From Catajapyx aquilonaris (taxonomy: Eukaryota): 64,000 nt of DNA. Both the position numbers and the translations under genes were made by a program. Position 1 is the stretch's first letter; every line of letters starts with the position of its first letter. Below, piece by piece: positions 48,401 through 63,959 of this stretch. Below the pieces are notes generated by a model. The model saw only the letters and a program-made list of their open reading frames with translations. It was not told where the DNA came from and did no database searches. Location: NCBI GenBank assembly GCA_000934665.2, contig JYFJ02000319.1, positions 1 through 64,000 of the forward strand, given 5' to 3'.

Positions 48401-51400
48401 CCCTGTCAGATTCTCCAGGCACGATAAAAAAAAATCCATCACTATTTTCTACTCGCGGTATGGTTAAGCCACCGGGTGCTTACAAAGTTGCTACAGTTAG
48501 CTCACAAGGAAGTCGATGTAAAAGAGAAAACTTGCATTATGAAACTGACAGGGACAACCCAGAAAATTTTGCATGCGGAGAATATAAACACGCCCTGAAC
48601 AACTCGATAGGCAGTGTAGCAAAGCAGCAGGATAATATCCTTCAGCCTCAAGCTGAAACCGTTCCTGATGCTGGGAAGGGGAATAAACCTAACGTTCTTC
48701 ACGCAAACACTCTAAAAAAACTAGGCGCCATATTTTTTTTATAAAGCTGCTTCTGTAATTACGATTCATAGGAGCAGGTCATAAATCTTGCACCCTGTAC
48801 AAACTGTACCAAAGCGGTCATAGTTCATCAAACCCTGTTGGGGCAAGCTGAGAATTAGGACCGCCCTGATAACCTACAGTTAAGGTAATAGCGAGTGGGG
48901 GAGATTCGTGTTTAACCAAAACCTTCCTGGGAAACTATTCTCTTTCAAGGTGAGGAATAATTCATGGGGCACGGGCATTAGTTATGCAGGGCAAGTATAC
49001 ATTGGTCCAACAGGTGCAGCAAAGAGTAAGGGGGGGATTCATGCAGTAGGCCAAACCAACGTGACGGCTTTCGCCTATTCAAAGGGAAATCGTCGATAAT
49101 TTACTGAAGAGCCACCCACACCTCTGAAGACAGCCTACTAATTGCTGCCAGGGAGGAAGAAGCGCGTGTGCGCCTTTTGTTTAAAAAAAATTGCAGTTTC
49201 TTTTTCTTGTATCAGCTTTGGGCGGTTTCGATTTCGATTCCTTCCGTGCAAAAATCCGGGCGGAGAACCAGAAGGCAACCTGGCAGTTAACATAGCATAG
49301 CATTCCTTGGTGTGAATTCGAGGTATTTGCTCCCTAGGGCACGGGCAACGCGTGTCATCCTTACCAAAGGTAAGTTTTTCTTCACTCTTTAGGTACCAGG
49401 CATGCGGTTGCGGAGAAAAATCACTTCGGTTCCTGGCAGGGATCGTAGACCCCCCAGGTACAAAAGAATGTCACAACATGCTTGGGAATCCTATTCCGTA
49501 ACAGAGACACGAAAAGTACTAACCTACACCAAAAATTAACAATGGAATATATCAAACAAATAAAATTATCAGCACATCGCACGTGTTTGCTGAGGCAAGG
49601 ACCGTGTGGGTTGAACTGGAGGCGCTAATGCTTGAGCTTGTCCTTGATTCAAGTCCTGTACAATAAAGCCGACTTTCAACGCCCCCGCCAATAATGATTC
49701 CCATACTTGGTCCTCATGTAATACGTTACGAAAGGGCCAAGGAAAACTGTTAGCTTAGGTGAGCCCTCTAAAATAGTCTGCACGGATCCCCCACGGCTAA
49801 GTTAGGTTGCAAGGCTAAAAGAGTGCTCAGAAAAGATGTGTCCGAGTGAAAGTGACGGCCATACTCACAAAAACTTGAGCAGGCGAGGTAATCTTCCGTC
49901 TTCCTGCAAGTCCAGGTTCTAAGTGACAGTCTAATCCTAGGGGTTGATATTCCCTCCTGTACTACCACCACCACCCCGTTGATTGGACCATTTCACCACG
50001 CACGAAGCGAGCCAGAATTATAACAATGCTGGAGTTTCTTTCACCGTTTCTCTCCCCCGGTACAACCATGTTTGCTCAGAAAGTATCCGGGTTGTCAATT
50101 CATCTCGCACGATGCTCCACAAAGAGCGAAATTCCGAAACAATGCTCGCCATGAACTTGCAGCCCTTTAATGTTTTAAAGGCTTCAACCTGGCCGCTGTG
50201 TTGAGAACATGCAATGGGAAAATCGCCAACGTCTTTCAAGTTCAACACACTCGTGAACCGCAACTGGAAGGTCGGATGGATGGATGCTTTTGCATGGTTC
50301 TCTTTTGTTAAGCAAAGTCATCGTCACAAAGAGAGAAGACACCCTGACCTGCCCTGCCAATCGCCTGTCACCAGCAGAGGCATCATTAGTGCTCTGGAGC
50401 ATCGCCGTACCCCCCTTCACCGGTGCTGTTCTCGCTTCACTGGACCTTAATCGCAGCTTATAGACCCGGAAGAAACTCCTCTTTCGACACCTCCCTGTGG
50501 CCTCCAAGTCTGGCGAACTTTTCGTACCATTCCAGCCAATTCGCTCAGGCAACAAAGGTTAACCGAATTTGTAGAGCAGCGGTTGAGGCGCGTCAGGAAG
50601 GAAGACCTGTGCATTGGACCATGCAAAATCGTTGGTTTCGTAATTGATGGTCACAGAAGTGTGCATGCACTTTGAAGAAAAATGTTGTTTAGACGTCTTT
50701 GATGACTTTTGCAACAAATCTGCTTATGTTCAAGGGTCAATCGTTCTCTATATCGTCACACTATTTTCCCCAAAAAGATTGGCATTTTAATGATGAAAAG
50801 GTTTATCGTGCGGACAAGTTAACAACTTGTATACTCTAACCTACACAGGGGAGTCCTTAGGCTAAACCATGCAAGTAGGTTAGGCTATTTTGCAAAGTAA
50901 CAACTCGGCGCCTGATTTCCACGTCCGAACAACGCGTTTCCCTCATGCGTATTCCACCTACCCCATTAGCAATAACAAGTCCTGGGCTAAATCAAGTTTC
51001 GTGGGAATCCACGGCTACCTCAGATAAACATATGCACCACAAAAAAATCATGGTTCGGTCAGTGTCGCAAGAACAATTTTTTTATGCTGACCATTCCTCC
51101 CTACCTTGAGCACCTGTCTCCCTGCCTGCCCCATTCCCACAAAGAATCTTCACAAACAAAAAGGGGTTCGCTAAGGACCCCCTCTTGGTGTACCAGAGTG
51201 GTCGTCCTCCTGTTTGGCGCCGGTTCCACAACTCATTGAAAACCTCACCTGTTCCCTGACCTGTCAGTTTACCTGGGCTCCGTGACCAATGAAAAGCCCT
51301 GGACTCTAATCTGGAGGTATTTTTTCCCGCACGCAAAAATTGCTCCATACAATCAAGGTCAACTTTCGCCAAGATGAATCGCCGAACGGTTATCGTTTCC

Positions 51401-54400
51401 TCGGCTAAAACTGAGCAAACCGGAATTGTGCGCCGAAAAAAAACCCGGGGGCAATGGGCCACAGAGATTAATTTATTTATGTGGATGCTGTCAGCATCCG
51501 TGCCTTTAGCAAGGTGCAAAAATATCTAACCCAGTGGGATGCCTCAACCCTGAATATTCCACCACGCCTTTTACTAATAAACCCGAGAGGTGCCTGACCT
51601 ACCACAAAACATCTTAATCTGTTTCATATACTCTATTGCCATCTTTATAGAAAAGGTCATATGCTTCTCGCTATTATCAGGAGCCATCACTTTTCACTCG
51701 AGACAGTGCGTTGAACCTGTGAGAAAAATTGTAGATTACGAACGTAATGCGCTTTCAACACTGCCTTTTAGACAATAATTTCATTGTTCAATGTTACCGT
51801 CTCTTTGCTACGCAAAATGGGACAGTCGGCTTTGGGCAGGTGAGGGCGGTTACTTCCCACGGAACTTGATTTTTCCAAGACTGGTCTTCCTACTAACTCT
51901 TCTTAACCCTCCCCTCTCATTGAATACCAGGATGCCTCTCATGAAACACAGGTGACTTTCATATTTCAGACGCAAAATCGTCTCGCGAACACTATGTTGC
52001 CTATAGGAAAGTGCAGTGGAGAAAAGTGGGGACCGGTACTTCAGGAAAATAAATTACAGGCGACAAGGATTCGCAAGAATACAAAGTAGTGGTTTGGGTG
52101 CGATTATTTAGCCATGTTTGCTAAGGAGACTCCTTATTTTTTCCTTCATTTATGTGGAAGGCCAACCCGGAAGAAACAGTTGGGACACAAAATTTTCTGG
52201 GAGGTCTTCCATAAAACGCACGCACTACACAAAAATTTGCACGTAGACAATGTTTCCAGGCGGTTCGACGAAACTCGGCTGATTCCGTTAGCTCTTGAGG
52301 TCTTCCCCCATGTCCGCCTCCTGGCCTTTTCCATGAGAAAAATGAGCTGAAGGAAATGTTAGTATCTCAGCTTTGCAGCTTTCCGGCTTATGCAACGGAA
52401 AAAAATACGTGTTCGACACCCATTCTCAAGTTTTCTCCAGGAATGATGACACGGGTTGTGTGTAGGGGGCGGCAAGACCCTCATGGGAAACAGGATGCAC
52501 AGTACTATAGCTTCTTATTCCCATGAAATTAGGCACGGTACTTTCTCGCAGAGCATCGCTAATGCCAAGAAAACTTTCTGATCGCGTTTGTCCCCATGTG
52601 TCTTCTTTTTCTCCCTTGGCAGTCACGTTCCATGAAACCAAAAGTTCTGAAAATTAAGCCACTTTCTAACGCACTGGCGAATTCTTCTGGGATAACTTTG
52701 GCAAAAATTCGGAGTTACGCTTCCGACTTTCTCACGTCATGACCCAAGATGTTGCATCTCCAATTCTTTTGTCCCGCCAGACTGATGTGAAGACGTTGAC
52801 TTAATACAACCTCGGAACTTGCATCCTTCATCCGTCCGGCACCAAACAGCAGGAGCTGCTTAAAATGTATAACGTGGAGTACCCTGATGTATAGGTGACT
52901 GTTATTATCAACCAGTTTATCAATATCAATGAGACGTGACGAGGAGAAGGACTGAATGACAATATCTGTACGGTATGTATGCGTCTTGCAGCTGCATCTT
53001 TCCCACGATATCCGATGCAGTATGTTCGACAGATCTCTGCATATATGGCTGGACCTTCAACTTCGTTAGGTGTAAACAAGCAATAAGTCCTGCGCCCGAG
53101 CTTGTAACGCATCGTGTAACAGGTTACATCGGTCACAACCAGCGCAAGCTGCCTCCCTTGAATCCCAAATGACTGTGAGAAGAAGGGTCAAGATAATATC
53201 AAGAGTAAAGGTCCTGGTAAGCATGTCCAGCCATTATTCCCATGCAGGTAATTGCCATCACTCTCGATCACTGCTGCAGTCCAGCAGCTAATTGCATCGG
53301 CTGAAGGAATGGGATCAACGTCCTCGTAGATATCTTGCCTTCCGGTCTGCCCTGGCTTATTAATGACGCCCTGGAGATGCATTAAGGGTGCCCTGCAGGT
53401 GAATGAGGCGCCGTGGAGCTGCACATATATATGCATCTACAGAGTTCCCACGATGCTTCCACCTTGAGCAGTTGGCATGTCCATATATGAGGGAGTATAA
53501 GACCCTAATCTTTGGGAAGCCGTCGAATTTCATGCTCACGAGTTAAGGAATATCATTCTTACAGCTCTGTATTGTGTGCTGCAAATATTCCTATTCACAT
53601 TCATTATTGGTTCAACAGGTTTATGAGTTCAAGCACCTATTGTAACATTGTTGTCAAAAATAGGTAGACATTACTAATACGTATTTTTGGCAACAATTTT
53701 ACCCAGGTATGCAAACTGATTCATCTGTTGTCCCTCACATTACTACGAGTATATACCCCGTTCACATTCTGTTGCGTGATCGACAGAAAATTCTGAACTG
53801 GTGATTAATCCTAATAACATCCGAATAACACATGAAAACCTGAAATACAGAACATTCAGCATCATGTTCGACTGATTTCAAGATAGGAGGGTTGAAGTCT
53901 CTACATTGCATTATCCAATGGATATGTTATTAATATTTTCAAAATATTTATCTAGCCGGGGCTGTATACGCTTTCTCAGAGAGTACTCTTAGAGCCGCAT
54001 TTTAAATTTGACAGAAATGTTACTGATGGTTCTGTATGTTCCTTAGCTTGTTTTTGGATTTACCATCGATCACGAATCGGCCCTTAAAAGAACGTATGTT
54101 GTTGTTGACGAAAACAATGACGAATAAAGGAACATTTGTCTACCACCTCGTGAGTTATGTAGGTAATCCAAAGGTGTCTCCAGATGTCCTGGGGAATCCC
54201 TGCCCCTCAGATTTCCCAGTGTCCGAGGTTCGTGCTTCAGCACTGGAGGACCAACACCCTCCAGAATATATACAGCCCTGTTAGCAGCATCGAATCGTGA
54301 TGTTTTCACGCCCGGGTTCGAAACAATTTGTGTCTTGTCTTAGTCAACGACGTTCCCCTCCTTCCATTCTCACTCTTCCTGTCAAGCCGGAGTCCTTTCT

Positions 54401-57400
54401 CCGCAAAGTGGTCAGGCCACCCTGGCCCCCCATCCCTGCCAGTCTGCGTCTCCAGCATGGACCCCCTTCGGCGTAGGCCACTACTTTTGCAGTAGTGGCT
54501 TCTGGAGAGATGTGGGTAAGAGGGCTATTGGGACACGCTCTCTTTCCACCAGACGATGTCTATCCATCCAAAAGAAACAGATGCAACAGCTTCTCCCAAG
54601 GTTTCCGAAGGATGTTCCTCGGCCATTCATCGGGGCCATGAGTGAAAAGGACGAAGCCTCGCCCCAGCAGCACCGTCTCTTGTGTCCTGCTTTCACGCCG
54701 TCACCCACCAATTATAAAACCGACGACCACAAAAACAAGGTTTATGGTCAGTCGGGCGTGCCTTCCTGATTAGCTATGTAATTGCCTGTTTTCTGCGCCT
54801 ATATACCACAATTGATGCGATTTTCAGATACGGTCGTTTAAAAAGGAGAAAAGGGGGAAGAAATTACGGATGCAAAATTTAGAAACTTGGAATGACTTTT
54901 AGGTACAGTCACGGTGTCGGGTACACATAAGGAACACCTACAGGAAAATAATAAAAAAGGAGGTCAGAATCCTGAATTATGACTTTCAGTGGCAACTCCT
55001 GTTTTTATATCCCATGATCTACGGGAGCGATAACTCAGTACAAATTGATATAAGCCTAACAAAGAGTGCCACTGGCAGGCAAGGTAAGTCTAGACTCCAG
55101 ACATTAGACGGAAACGAGACCGTTTTTGCCCCTAGAAACTCATTGATAGTTCCAGGCTATTGAATATCTTACGGCACTAAAAAAGTCAATGTCACAATTA
55201 CAGAGTTTTAAAAAAATGGGATCGCTCTTGTTTCCCAGCAAACCGGTATGTCATCTTGCAGCAGCGGAAGTCGTCAAGTAGACAGCTTCCTGTGTTTGGT
55301 AGCCTATACTCACTCAAACCTTTAGATTCTCAGGAGACTAATTCGTCCTCTAGCTTATAGTCAATACCAACATTGTATCATACATGTCGGCTTCATCATG
55401 TACTCCAACACTATTATTACACCACATTAGAGCAATAAAGGCATGTCACACCCTGCACTTTCAACACTACTGCCAAATGTGCGGGTGGAAAACGAGTGGG
55501 TGTAACACAAGCCCTTTTCTTCAAGGTCCCACAAGTAGTTCTGCCCATTGAGTCCACTCTATAGCAAGTATTGTACACGTGCTATAAATCCACCATTGTT
55601 ACACAGCCATTCCACAAAATTTCACCAACTTTTGTGGTAATAATTTCACCAAGAATATATATCGCTATTCATTTTTCTGCCAGCCAGTAGGTCAGCAGCA
55701 CCCAATTTTGGTCATTCTCCCATTATTTCTCCCCATTTCGACAGCACCTTATTGTAGTTTCTAGCACGTCACAACCGTACAAAAAAAAAACCTTGCACAT
55801 TTCTACTACATCACTTTTACGATATGCAACGTCCTTGCAACTGCAAAAAATCGTCTCTACTAATCATCTAGCTGTCAAACAATCGACCCACAACCGTCTG
55901 ATTGGGCCATCCCCAAATGGTTTCCATTGACGAAGATGACTCGGATGACTCTCGCAACCTCAATCGATTCGCCATCGCTCGCCCAGTTTTTACTTTTCCT
56001 CCAGCCGGTATGGAATCGAGTTGTCTGGCCAAGAGTTGCGCACAGTCCCTTTCTAACTCTTTATAGCGCCTCGGGACCATTTAACCCACTGACCAACTTT
56101 GCCAGACCGCGGTTTCAAAGCATATACGGCCGCTCAGATTGCCTCGTATAATGCACCGGATGCTGAGGGACAGGTGGAAAATCGCACTGTCTTGGTGGGG
56201 CAGGAAGCAATATGCGCTGGGATGTGAAGATGAAACCGGGTTCACGAGAAAGCGCTGTTGGTGATGACGGTCAACAGCGGGGGGTAAGATAATCATGAAC
56301 TTGAAAAGTGGTGGGCGTAGAATCTAACAATGCAATTCGATACAATTTACTTGGTACCTCCCTAGATTAATCTGAAGATCACAATCATGGTTGGTCATAA
56401 GTTGGGTTATTAACTTGCCCAATAATCGCACTTGTTGCTTCACTCTGCATTTTGTGGGGGTTCAAAATAAGGGCGTGGGAAATTATTGCGATTCGTATGA
56501 CTTGCTTTTGAAAAATTGTTGACACTAACAGCCATCCCAGCGAAACAGCATTTCCAAATATCTCACCCCACTTAATCAGGAACAATGATACAGAAGCACC
56601 AACTTGAAACAATGGTCTCGGCGCCTGGCAGGTACTTGTGGAATCAGTTGGGCAGCCAATCAGACCAGGGGCAGGAAAATCTCATACACACTTTTTTATT
56701 GCGATTACAATGAATTCATTTTCCTTCTGAACTTTCTAGCCTTTGGTTCTGCTTTAGACGCCATATAAATTGTAAATTGTGAGGAATCCGTCGTAAACCC
56801 TATGTTTTATTGTGGTTATAATTCGGATCGGTTTCTTCTCTCGGTAGCTGTTTACCCGAAAGGCAGTGATCTCGAATAGATGATAACAGGTCCCAAAAGG
56901 GGGAGAGGGTTGGGAGGGCTTCTTCGGCGGACAATCGCCGGAAACCGAAACCCCCGTCGGCCGTCACGCAACACAAGGCTCTGCCAAGCGGTAATTAAAA
57001 GGCCACTTTTTTCCCCCCCTTCCATCTTTCTTTTCCCCCCTTCTTGTACAAAAAGCCCATTCCTCCTGCCTCCTCCCGTTCAAACAATAGTTATGAAACG
57101 GACCTTCTTCCCTTCCATCGAGGAAAAGCTTCCTAAAACCCAAGAGCGCTTGCTCTCGTGAGAATAAACTTCCAGCGCCATTTCCTGAACTGCGTATCGA
57201 AACGGTACATCTGATATTTCTCCCAACGGTTTTATGTGCACATGTTCGCCCACACTTGTGCTTGTGTGAGAACTTCAACTTTGACCGAGTTTTCCGGTTA
57301 GGAATCAAAATTTGTCAAATTATATCCTGATCGTTCTATATAGGACTGATTCCATCCCTGTTATAATACCCTTATTCCGACCCACACATTTTCTCATTTA

Positions 57401-60400
57401 GGTGTCGTTAGAAATGCACTGCCATAATTGGTTCAGGTATATTAACTCTTGGTGTAAAACACTGGAATGGCTTCACGTAAAGGAAACTTTATATTGCACT
57501 GACAAAGGAAAGGCGATCGATGGTAGTGAAAGTGAACCGTACGCATTCCTGAGATGTGTGAAGGTAATATATCAGGCAGATCGGCACTTACCCGAATGGT
57601 CCATCTGACTCCCAGCACTGCCTTCACGAAGGCACTCTTTCTCACAAGTCATCCATGGTAAACCTGCGTGGGACAGAACAATTATGATAATTAGATCCTC
57701 TCCCCAACAACAACAATGTGCAACATTTTGCATTTTCTGGAAGTAGGAAGCTGGTCCAATGAGATTAGTAATGCCAACATAAAGTTGCATGCGACATGCA
57801 ATAAAATGATGACCTGGATACATTGAAGACACTTTCTCATCACACCGTTTCCTCATTCAAATCCAGGCAAACGTGACGCGAAATGTCTCGCATAACATTT
57901 GCTTACACCTGATGAGCCGCAACCAAAAATAGCAAGTTGCAAGAGTGATTAATAGAGTCGCTTGCACTTGGTCAGCTGTTTGCCAACACCGAGCCTGTTG
58001 TATGCAGCTTTTCCTTGTCGACACAACTTGAAGCAGTGCTTGTGTAAATTTCTGCAAACTCTTCCCAGCACGTACTGCCGTAAAGAAGCAAATACAATAC
58101 CCAGCATGTCTCTCAGGACCTCCTCCTTCGCCATTCCAAGAAGGAAACAGCAAAATTTAAATGGGATAAAAAGAACCGAAGGCTATACATGTCGCTAAGC
58201 CTAGCTGCTCTTCATCCGTAATTGAAGTGTGAAGAAAGAGCACAGGCCTTGACTTTTTGTAGGAAATGAATAAAAGATTCAGAATACAATCTCCTAACTT
58301 TTCTTACAACAGTCATGAGAGTAATGGGAGAAATTTACAGCGTTAAAAGTACTGCCTCGTTTTTTATGTGGCTTCACACACTGTACCTAGTGTTCCGGGG
58401 CTAATTGCGGTATTAAAATAGATATTAAACCATATAAGAGAGTATATGTAATGTAATGGATGTGTATGTAGCTGTAAGTTTCCGAACATAAACACGTTAT
58501 AATCAAGTCATAACTTCAATTTTAGGAGTATCTGTAAACATAACAAGCGAATCTACACAATTTCCAAGCCTGTGATTGGCTCCAGGGACAAGCAACCTAG
58601 GTAAAATAACAACTAAAGTCTGTATCAGATATAATATACTGCATTAAAATTGTTACTTGTAGCACTTAAATTACATTACGATAAGCAAGACTCTCGACTG
58701 GATGTTATTTTCCCCCAAAGAGAGATTTGGGTATCCCCTGTTGCACATGTTAAGATAGCCCACCTGTTCCCTTTACATGTTCAGTCACTTAGTGATTCTT
58801 ACGCAACACTTTATCTGAATACAATCTCGGTGTAAACAATTACAAAAATTAGTAGCAACTACTGACGTCCTGTAGGCTTAACTAGGTGAGCCCTCCTTGG
58901 CAACCCCCAACACCCAGTTATTACTGGTACAAATATGTTATAAAACTCGATCGGCCTCAAAGAGCTCGCAATCGGTCACCTTTTTCTTCCAGGGCAACGC
59001 CCATAACAAGAGTTGACGAAGGCAAAGAGTGGGAAGTTTCCAGCACTGGGCACCGCCCTAAAACTCAATGCAGCTCGAAACCCAAACATCCAAGGTCTTA
59101 GGACGCTCTGCTACGATTACAATGACAAAGAAAACGGGGGACCCCTCATCCCTTATGAAAGATTCCACCAACGTACGCCAACTTTAAAAAAATTCATGCC
59201 CGAGAGGCTAAGGACCTTCCTTGACAGTGGAAATGTCCGAGCAACTTCCGACTTATGCGGACTGACTCATCCTTTTGTGGACAGAATATTGTACCACAGT
59301 CACTTGGGAAGTATACACACACCAGACCATATTTCATTTCAAACACCGTATGGTCTCGCATCCCAGCAACAGGCGGTCAGAGTCTTTTTCCATTCTGGCA
59401 TTGAAGTTCCTGGATGGTTGGCTGGATGATTGGATGGTTTTTCGCTCTTCCGGTGAGCGGACCCCGGATGGCCTTCGACTGCTCCGTTACAGTAATTCGA
59501 GCAAGCCAAGGTCGATCACTCTGAATACCATGGATATTGAAATAAAGGCGCCTACATATGATGGACACACCTGACATACCCAGCAGTGGTAAATCCCACA
59601 GTGACGTCTTCTGTCCCTTTCTCCGGACTTGCACAAGAGCGTCTAGCAAAAGGTGGCCAAGGTGAAGAGAAAACCGAACTGGTTCAGACCAATCCGAATT
59701 AGCTGAAAATACCATTGTGCACCGCAAGCTGACCAGCATTGCCGCAATTTAGGATGTCCTTGCATTGTGGCCGCTCCGGAAGTTCAAGCGTCCAAAAATA
59801 CCGCATGTTCCGTGTGCTACTTTTATCCAAATAAAATCCCCTTGTGTGGTGCAACAGTCTAGATGTGGTCGAGTGACCCCTCTTCATTCCCCAAAAATAT
59901 TCCCAAGAAGGTGTTAGCCCGTTACTTACTGTAAGCAGGTGTGTAGCTAGCCAGCTCATGCTAACGGTCAGAAAGGTTCGGAGAGTCTTGTTCCCTAACC
60001 AACTGACACAGTAACGGGGTTGCCTTGCCAAAGTACGACCAAGATTTTTCGGTTTATCACGCAAAACATTGCGGTTACACGGAAGAAACAAAGTGCGGGT
60101 CTTTTATGGAGCGATGGAGTTAATAACTTCATGTAATTCAATGAGGAAGAAAGGCGTAGGTGCAAATTCATGGGTGGAAAAAATAGTTTCGTGTACGGCA
60201 CAAAGAGCATACCTTTGGAAGCATATGGGAGGAATGTGGGTGCGTGCATGCAGAGAGGAGGAGTCTTTGACTGCTCAAGGACTGCCTTTCCAAATTGCTC
60301 TTGTTCCTGCACCCTAGCAATGCACAAATTCTTCGCACCCAGTAACAACATCCTGATGGCCGTAAACAATCTCCCCGAAGGCTGTCGAAATTCGCAAAAT

Positions 60401-63400
60401 CCTCCAGACTTGTTGATTGCTCCAACTGTTTCGAACCGATCTACTTCGCACTTCAATCGCCCCCAATTATCTACGGTTCCTGACTTCTTGTGGTGCCTAA
60501 CTCTGCCAATATTGTCTCACCAGTTTTCCCAACCCATTCATGACTGACCCATTTTTCACGCCTAAAATAATTTCGGCGACCAAATGTGAAGGGTTCAACA
60601 AGTAGCCGAGTCTATTTCTTCAGAAAAAGCTAATCAAAGGTAATAGAAAGTCGCATATACGTTGATGCAACCTTATAGTGTCCGAAGACGCAATCTCAAA
60701 ATATGACACCCTAATTCGTACTTATCCCTGTCATATACATCCGTTTGATCTCACCGCTTCTACTTTGAAATACCAGGCATTAAGGGTTAATATGCGTGGA
60801 AAAATAACATGTAGGAAAAAGCCTTCGGGCGTAGCTCGTCTTCGTCCAAAAATGGTCTTGAAGCTTTCTCGGTTGATCCCTTCAACTTTCAGATGATTTT
60901 GATGTCGAGCACCCATTTGCAAAAAGCGGAAATGTAAGATGTTGGAGGAACCGGTTTGATGTATAGTGTGCGCACCTACAGCACTTTTACACTCGGTTGT
61001 TTCGATTAACAAGTCCCAGTTTCTCGAAAAGTGAAGATTGAGGTCTACGTCCTGCAGTCGTGGATAATTTTGAGACCGTTCTAAACGGTTCTGACATCGA
61101 CCCGTGTCCCAATTTCTTACGATTCAATCGATTTCGCCCAGTCAGGCCACAACAATTGCGACTCCACCCAAACTAAAGAAATAACAGCAAAAAAAAATAA
61201 TACAGATGAAATCCAAAGTGATATTGTCTTGGAAACAATGGACTTTTTAAGTTAACTGTCGTACATTCTCTTTTTTTAAGGAGCTTGTGCCAAATAACAG
61301 CTAATGTACACTGAACACACTTTTTTTTGTTCTCAGGAGGCCTATAAATTTGATTAAGACAAATCACTTGTTTTTGATGTTAACTTGTACCTACAAGCAG
61401 CGTATATACACTTCAAGCTCATCAAAACTAGTTTCAGATAACCCTAAACCCTGCGGTCGACTATTTTCCTGACGATAATGAGCAGCAAACATTCCTTTTT
61501 TGTAAGTTACAAGCAATGATTATGACACTTTAATGAATTGCCCCACGTGTGGGCTCCGAATTCTGTACCCAACTAGAGCCATAAATACCTACTAATTGCC
61601 AATAACTAAACTTTTCAGACGACGTAATTACAATTTTTAATGCGTGCAAACGTTTTTAACAAAACAAAACCCTGGGTCGGTTGGGAACAAAAAAAAATAT
61701 ATGTTCCTTCAAGCCACTAAGGATGATCGCATGAATAAAACACAAGCACCGTACCCCATTGTTCGAGTCCCTCGTATTTCCCCTGGAGTCATATAAAAAT
61801 AGGACGTTTTTTACAACGCATCTTTCACGTCAAAACAAAATAGTATCATGAATCAAACAAGTCCAAATATTTACACCTCACAGGCCAGCGCTTACTCATT
61901 ACAAAACTCCACACCTCCACAAAAATTCGTGTCAAAATAAATACAGTATGAATAAAAATCGAAACATACCCAATATATTGTGAGTGTACCGTACTGTATA
62001 CTCTTAAAATAAAACGCTATTCTTGATTTTGTCCGCTCGTCTGTCACGGAATTTGAGCACATCAACGTGCTTTACTCGGTCATAATTTTTTGTTTGTTCT
62101 ATTTGGATGCTCACGGTGTAATGCAAAGCTATGCAAAAAAAATTATGACAGGAGATCACGTTTTCTTTGTCACACTAGCAAGGAGAAAAGGTGTGGTAGG
62201 ACAAGATAACTGACACTTTTTTTTTCGTATTTCGTAACTACTTTTGTAAGGGTAGAAACCAAGTGGGTGCAACAGAAACGTCGACTGAATTTCTCTCTTG
62301 ATCTTTCACCTTTCAAGTACCTCTTTCCTGGTCACCACATGAAATAGAGGACAGTCATCTGGGTCTCAGTTTCACAACTGACTCAATTTGGGCGACTCGG
62401 AAGAAGAAGCGGGACTTGTGTTACTTCCTCTCCTGACAGGTTTTTTTTCTGTCATTGCAAGACCATGTAGGTTGAATGAAAATATCCTAATGACTAATAA
62501 AGTAATATTTTTTTTTACTTCCGGGTGGCAATTTAAAATGGGTATAAGCCTATGTGAATGCTCCGTAGAGGAAACCATCTAGGGATGTTCACAAAGCGGA
62601 AAATGTCATTCACTACTTTTCAGTGTGTAGAGCAACACATGGATGTTGCGCTCTACATAACCTGCTTTTTATAGCATGTACTTGGGGGGGGGGGGTGTAC
62701 TAATTGTCTTCATAAAAAGCAAAAGTTGACCATGTTCTCTAAATGTAATGTTTGTAATAAAAAGTAAGAAAAATTAGATAAGCGTAATTTTTATGGAGCA
62801 TGTTGCGCAACACTGTATCCAAGAAGGTGGAATAACTTATTCATTTTACGGTAACTCGAATAAAACCAGTGCTCGGCTTAAGTAACGGTCACTTTTTTGA
62901 CACAAAACGCAATTCAGGTTCCATGGTTCTTTTCATGAAATATTACAGTCGGTAATTCGCTCGCCTTAGCATTAGTTGATAAAGGGCTTTGACCTTGCAG
63001 CACGAAACAGTCTTAATCAATTGTAATTTCTTAATGCATTACTTTATAAATTCGTGATAGTGTGACAGTGCAAGGGAAGGGAGTCATGCGTGCAATATTC
63101 GCGAGAGATTGCACTGAAAGCTATACTGATGTAACGGCTTCATCTTAGTCCTGCTAACCCAAAATTGGTAGTGCAATCCTAGAGAGTGTAAAAGATGCAA
63201 ACCATTGACTTGCAAAAAATATTCTAATCTCGCAGACCTATTTCATCAAATACTGCTGATACTGGCACAGGTAAATAACAAAATTGTGGATATAGTGTAC
63301 TTGCAAACATATCACTGCAAAATATTTTAATGGTCAACACCAGTGACTGCACACCTACAGTAACCACAATAATAATGTAACATGGAAGTACATGAACATA

Positions 63401-63958
63401 TCAGGCACAGCTGTTCGTGTTAAAACACGGAAACCATTATAATGCAAAACTGTCCTAAGCATTGCAATGTCTGTTGCAATCGTCACAACCCTTACCTATA
63501 TAGCCGTAAAAGGTTATTGTAATATATATATATTTTTTAAAAAAGGTATGTGCATGCATAGCTTTTTGTATAATTCCTTTAGCAGTTACAATGTGTTCTA
63601 AATAGCGTTTCTTTTAAAAAAACACTATTATTTTTAAATATCCTGCAAGTGCACAGTAATAAGTGGTTGATGTACTGACAGTAACATACCTTCAAATATC
63701 AGGCAGCAAGCAGGTAAACTCCCGGATTCAGATAAAAATAAATCACCAAACACACAATAAGATTCGTGTAGCAGCACACAACACCTGGACAGGCACAAGT
63801 GTGGGCAAAAGGACCGTCTGGGTCGCACTGACAGAAAGCATTTCTGCTTTGGGCCTGAGCCAGGCAGGCCCAACCGGCCATCCAATCCTGGAACACGGCT
63901 CGGAGCACGTGACATGGCCCACCATGAAAGGGCTTTGGCGCCAACACTGATCAGGATG

Positions 63959-63959
<1 letters not shown>

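Noticed and set aside
59013..60547. Cluster of 100-150 aa ORFs on both strands
   Set aside because: Mostly non-ATG starts, overlapping on both strands, no recognisable domain or phase-consistent splice chain; compatible with chance.
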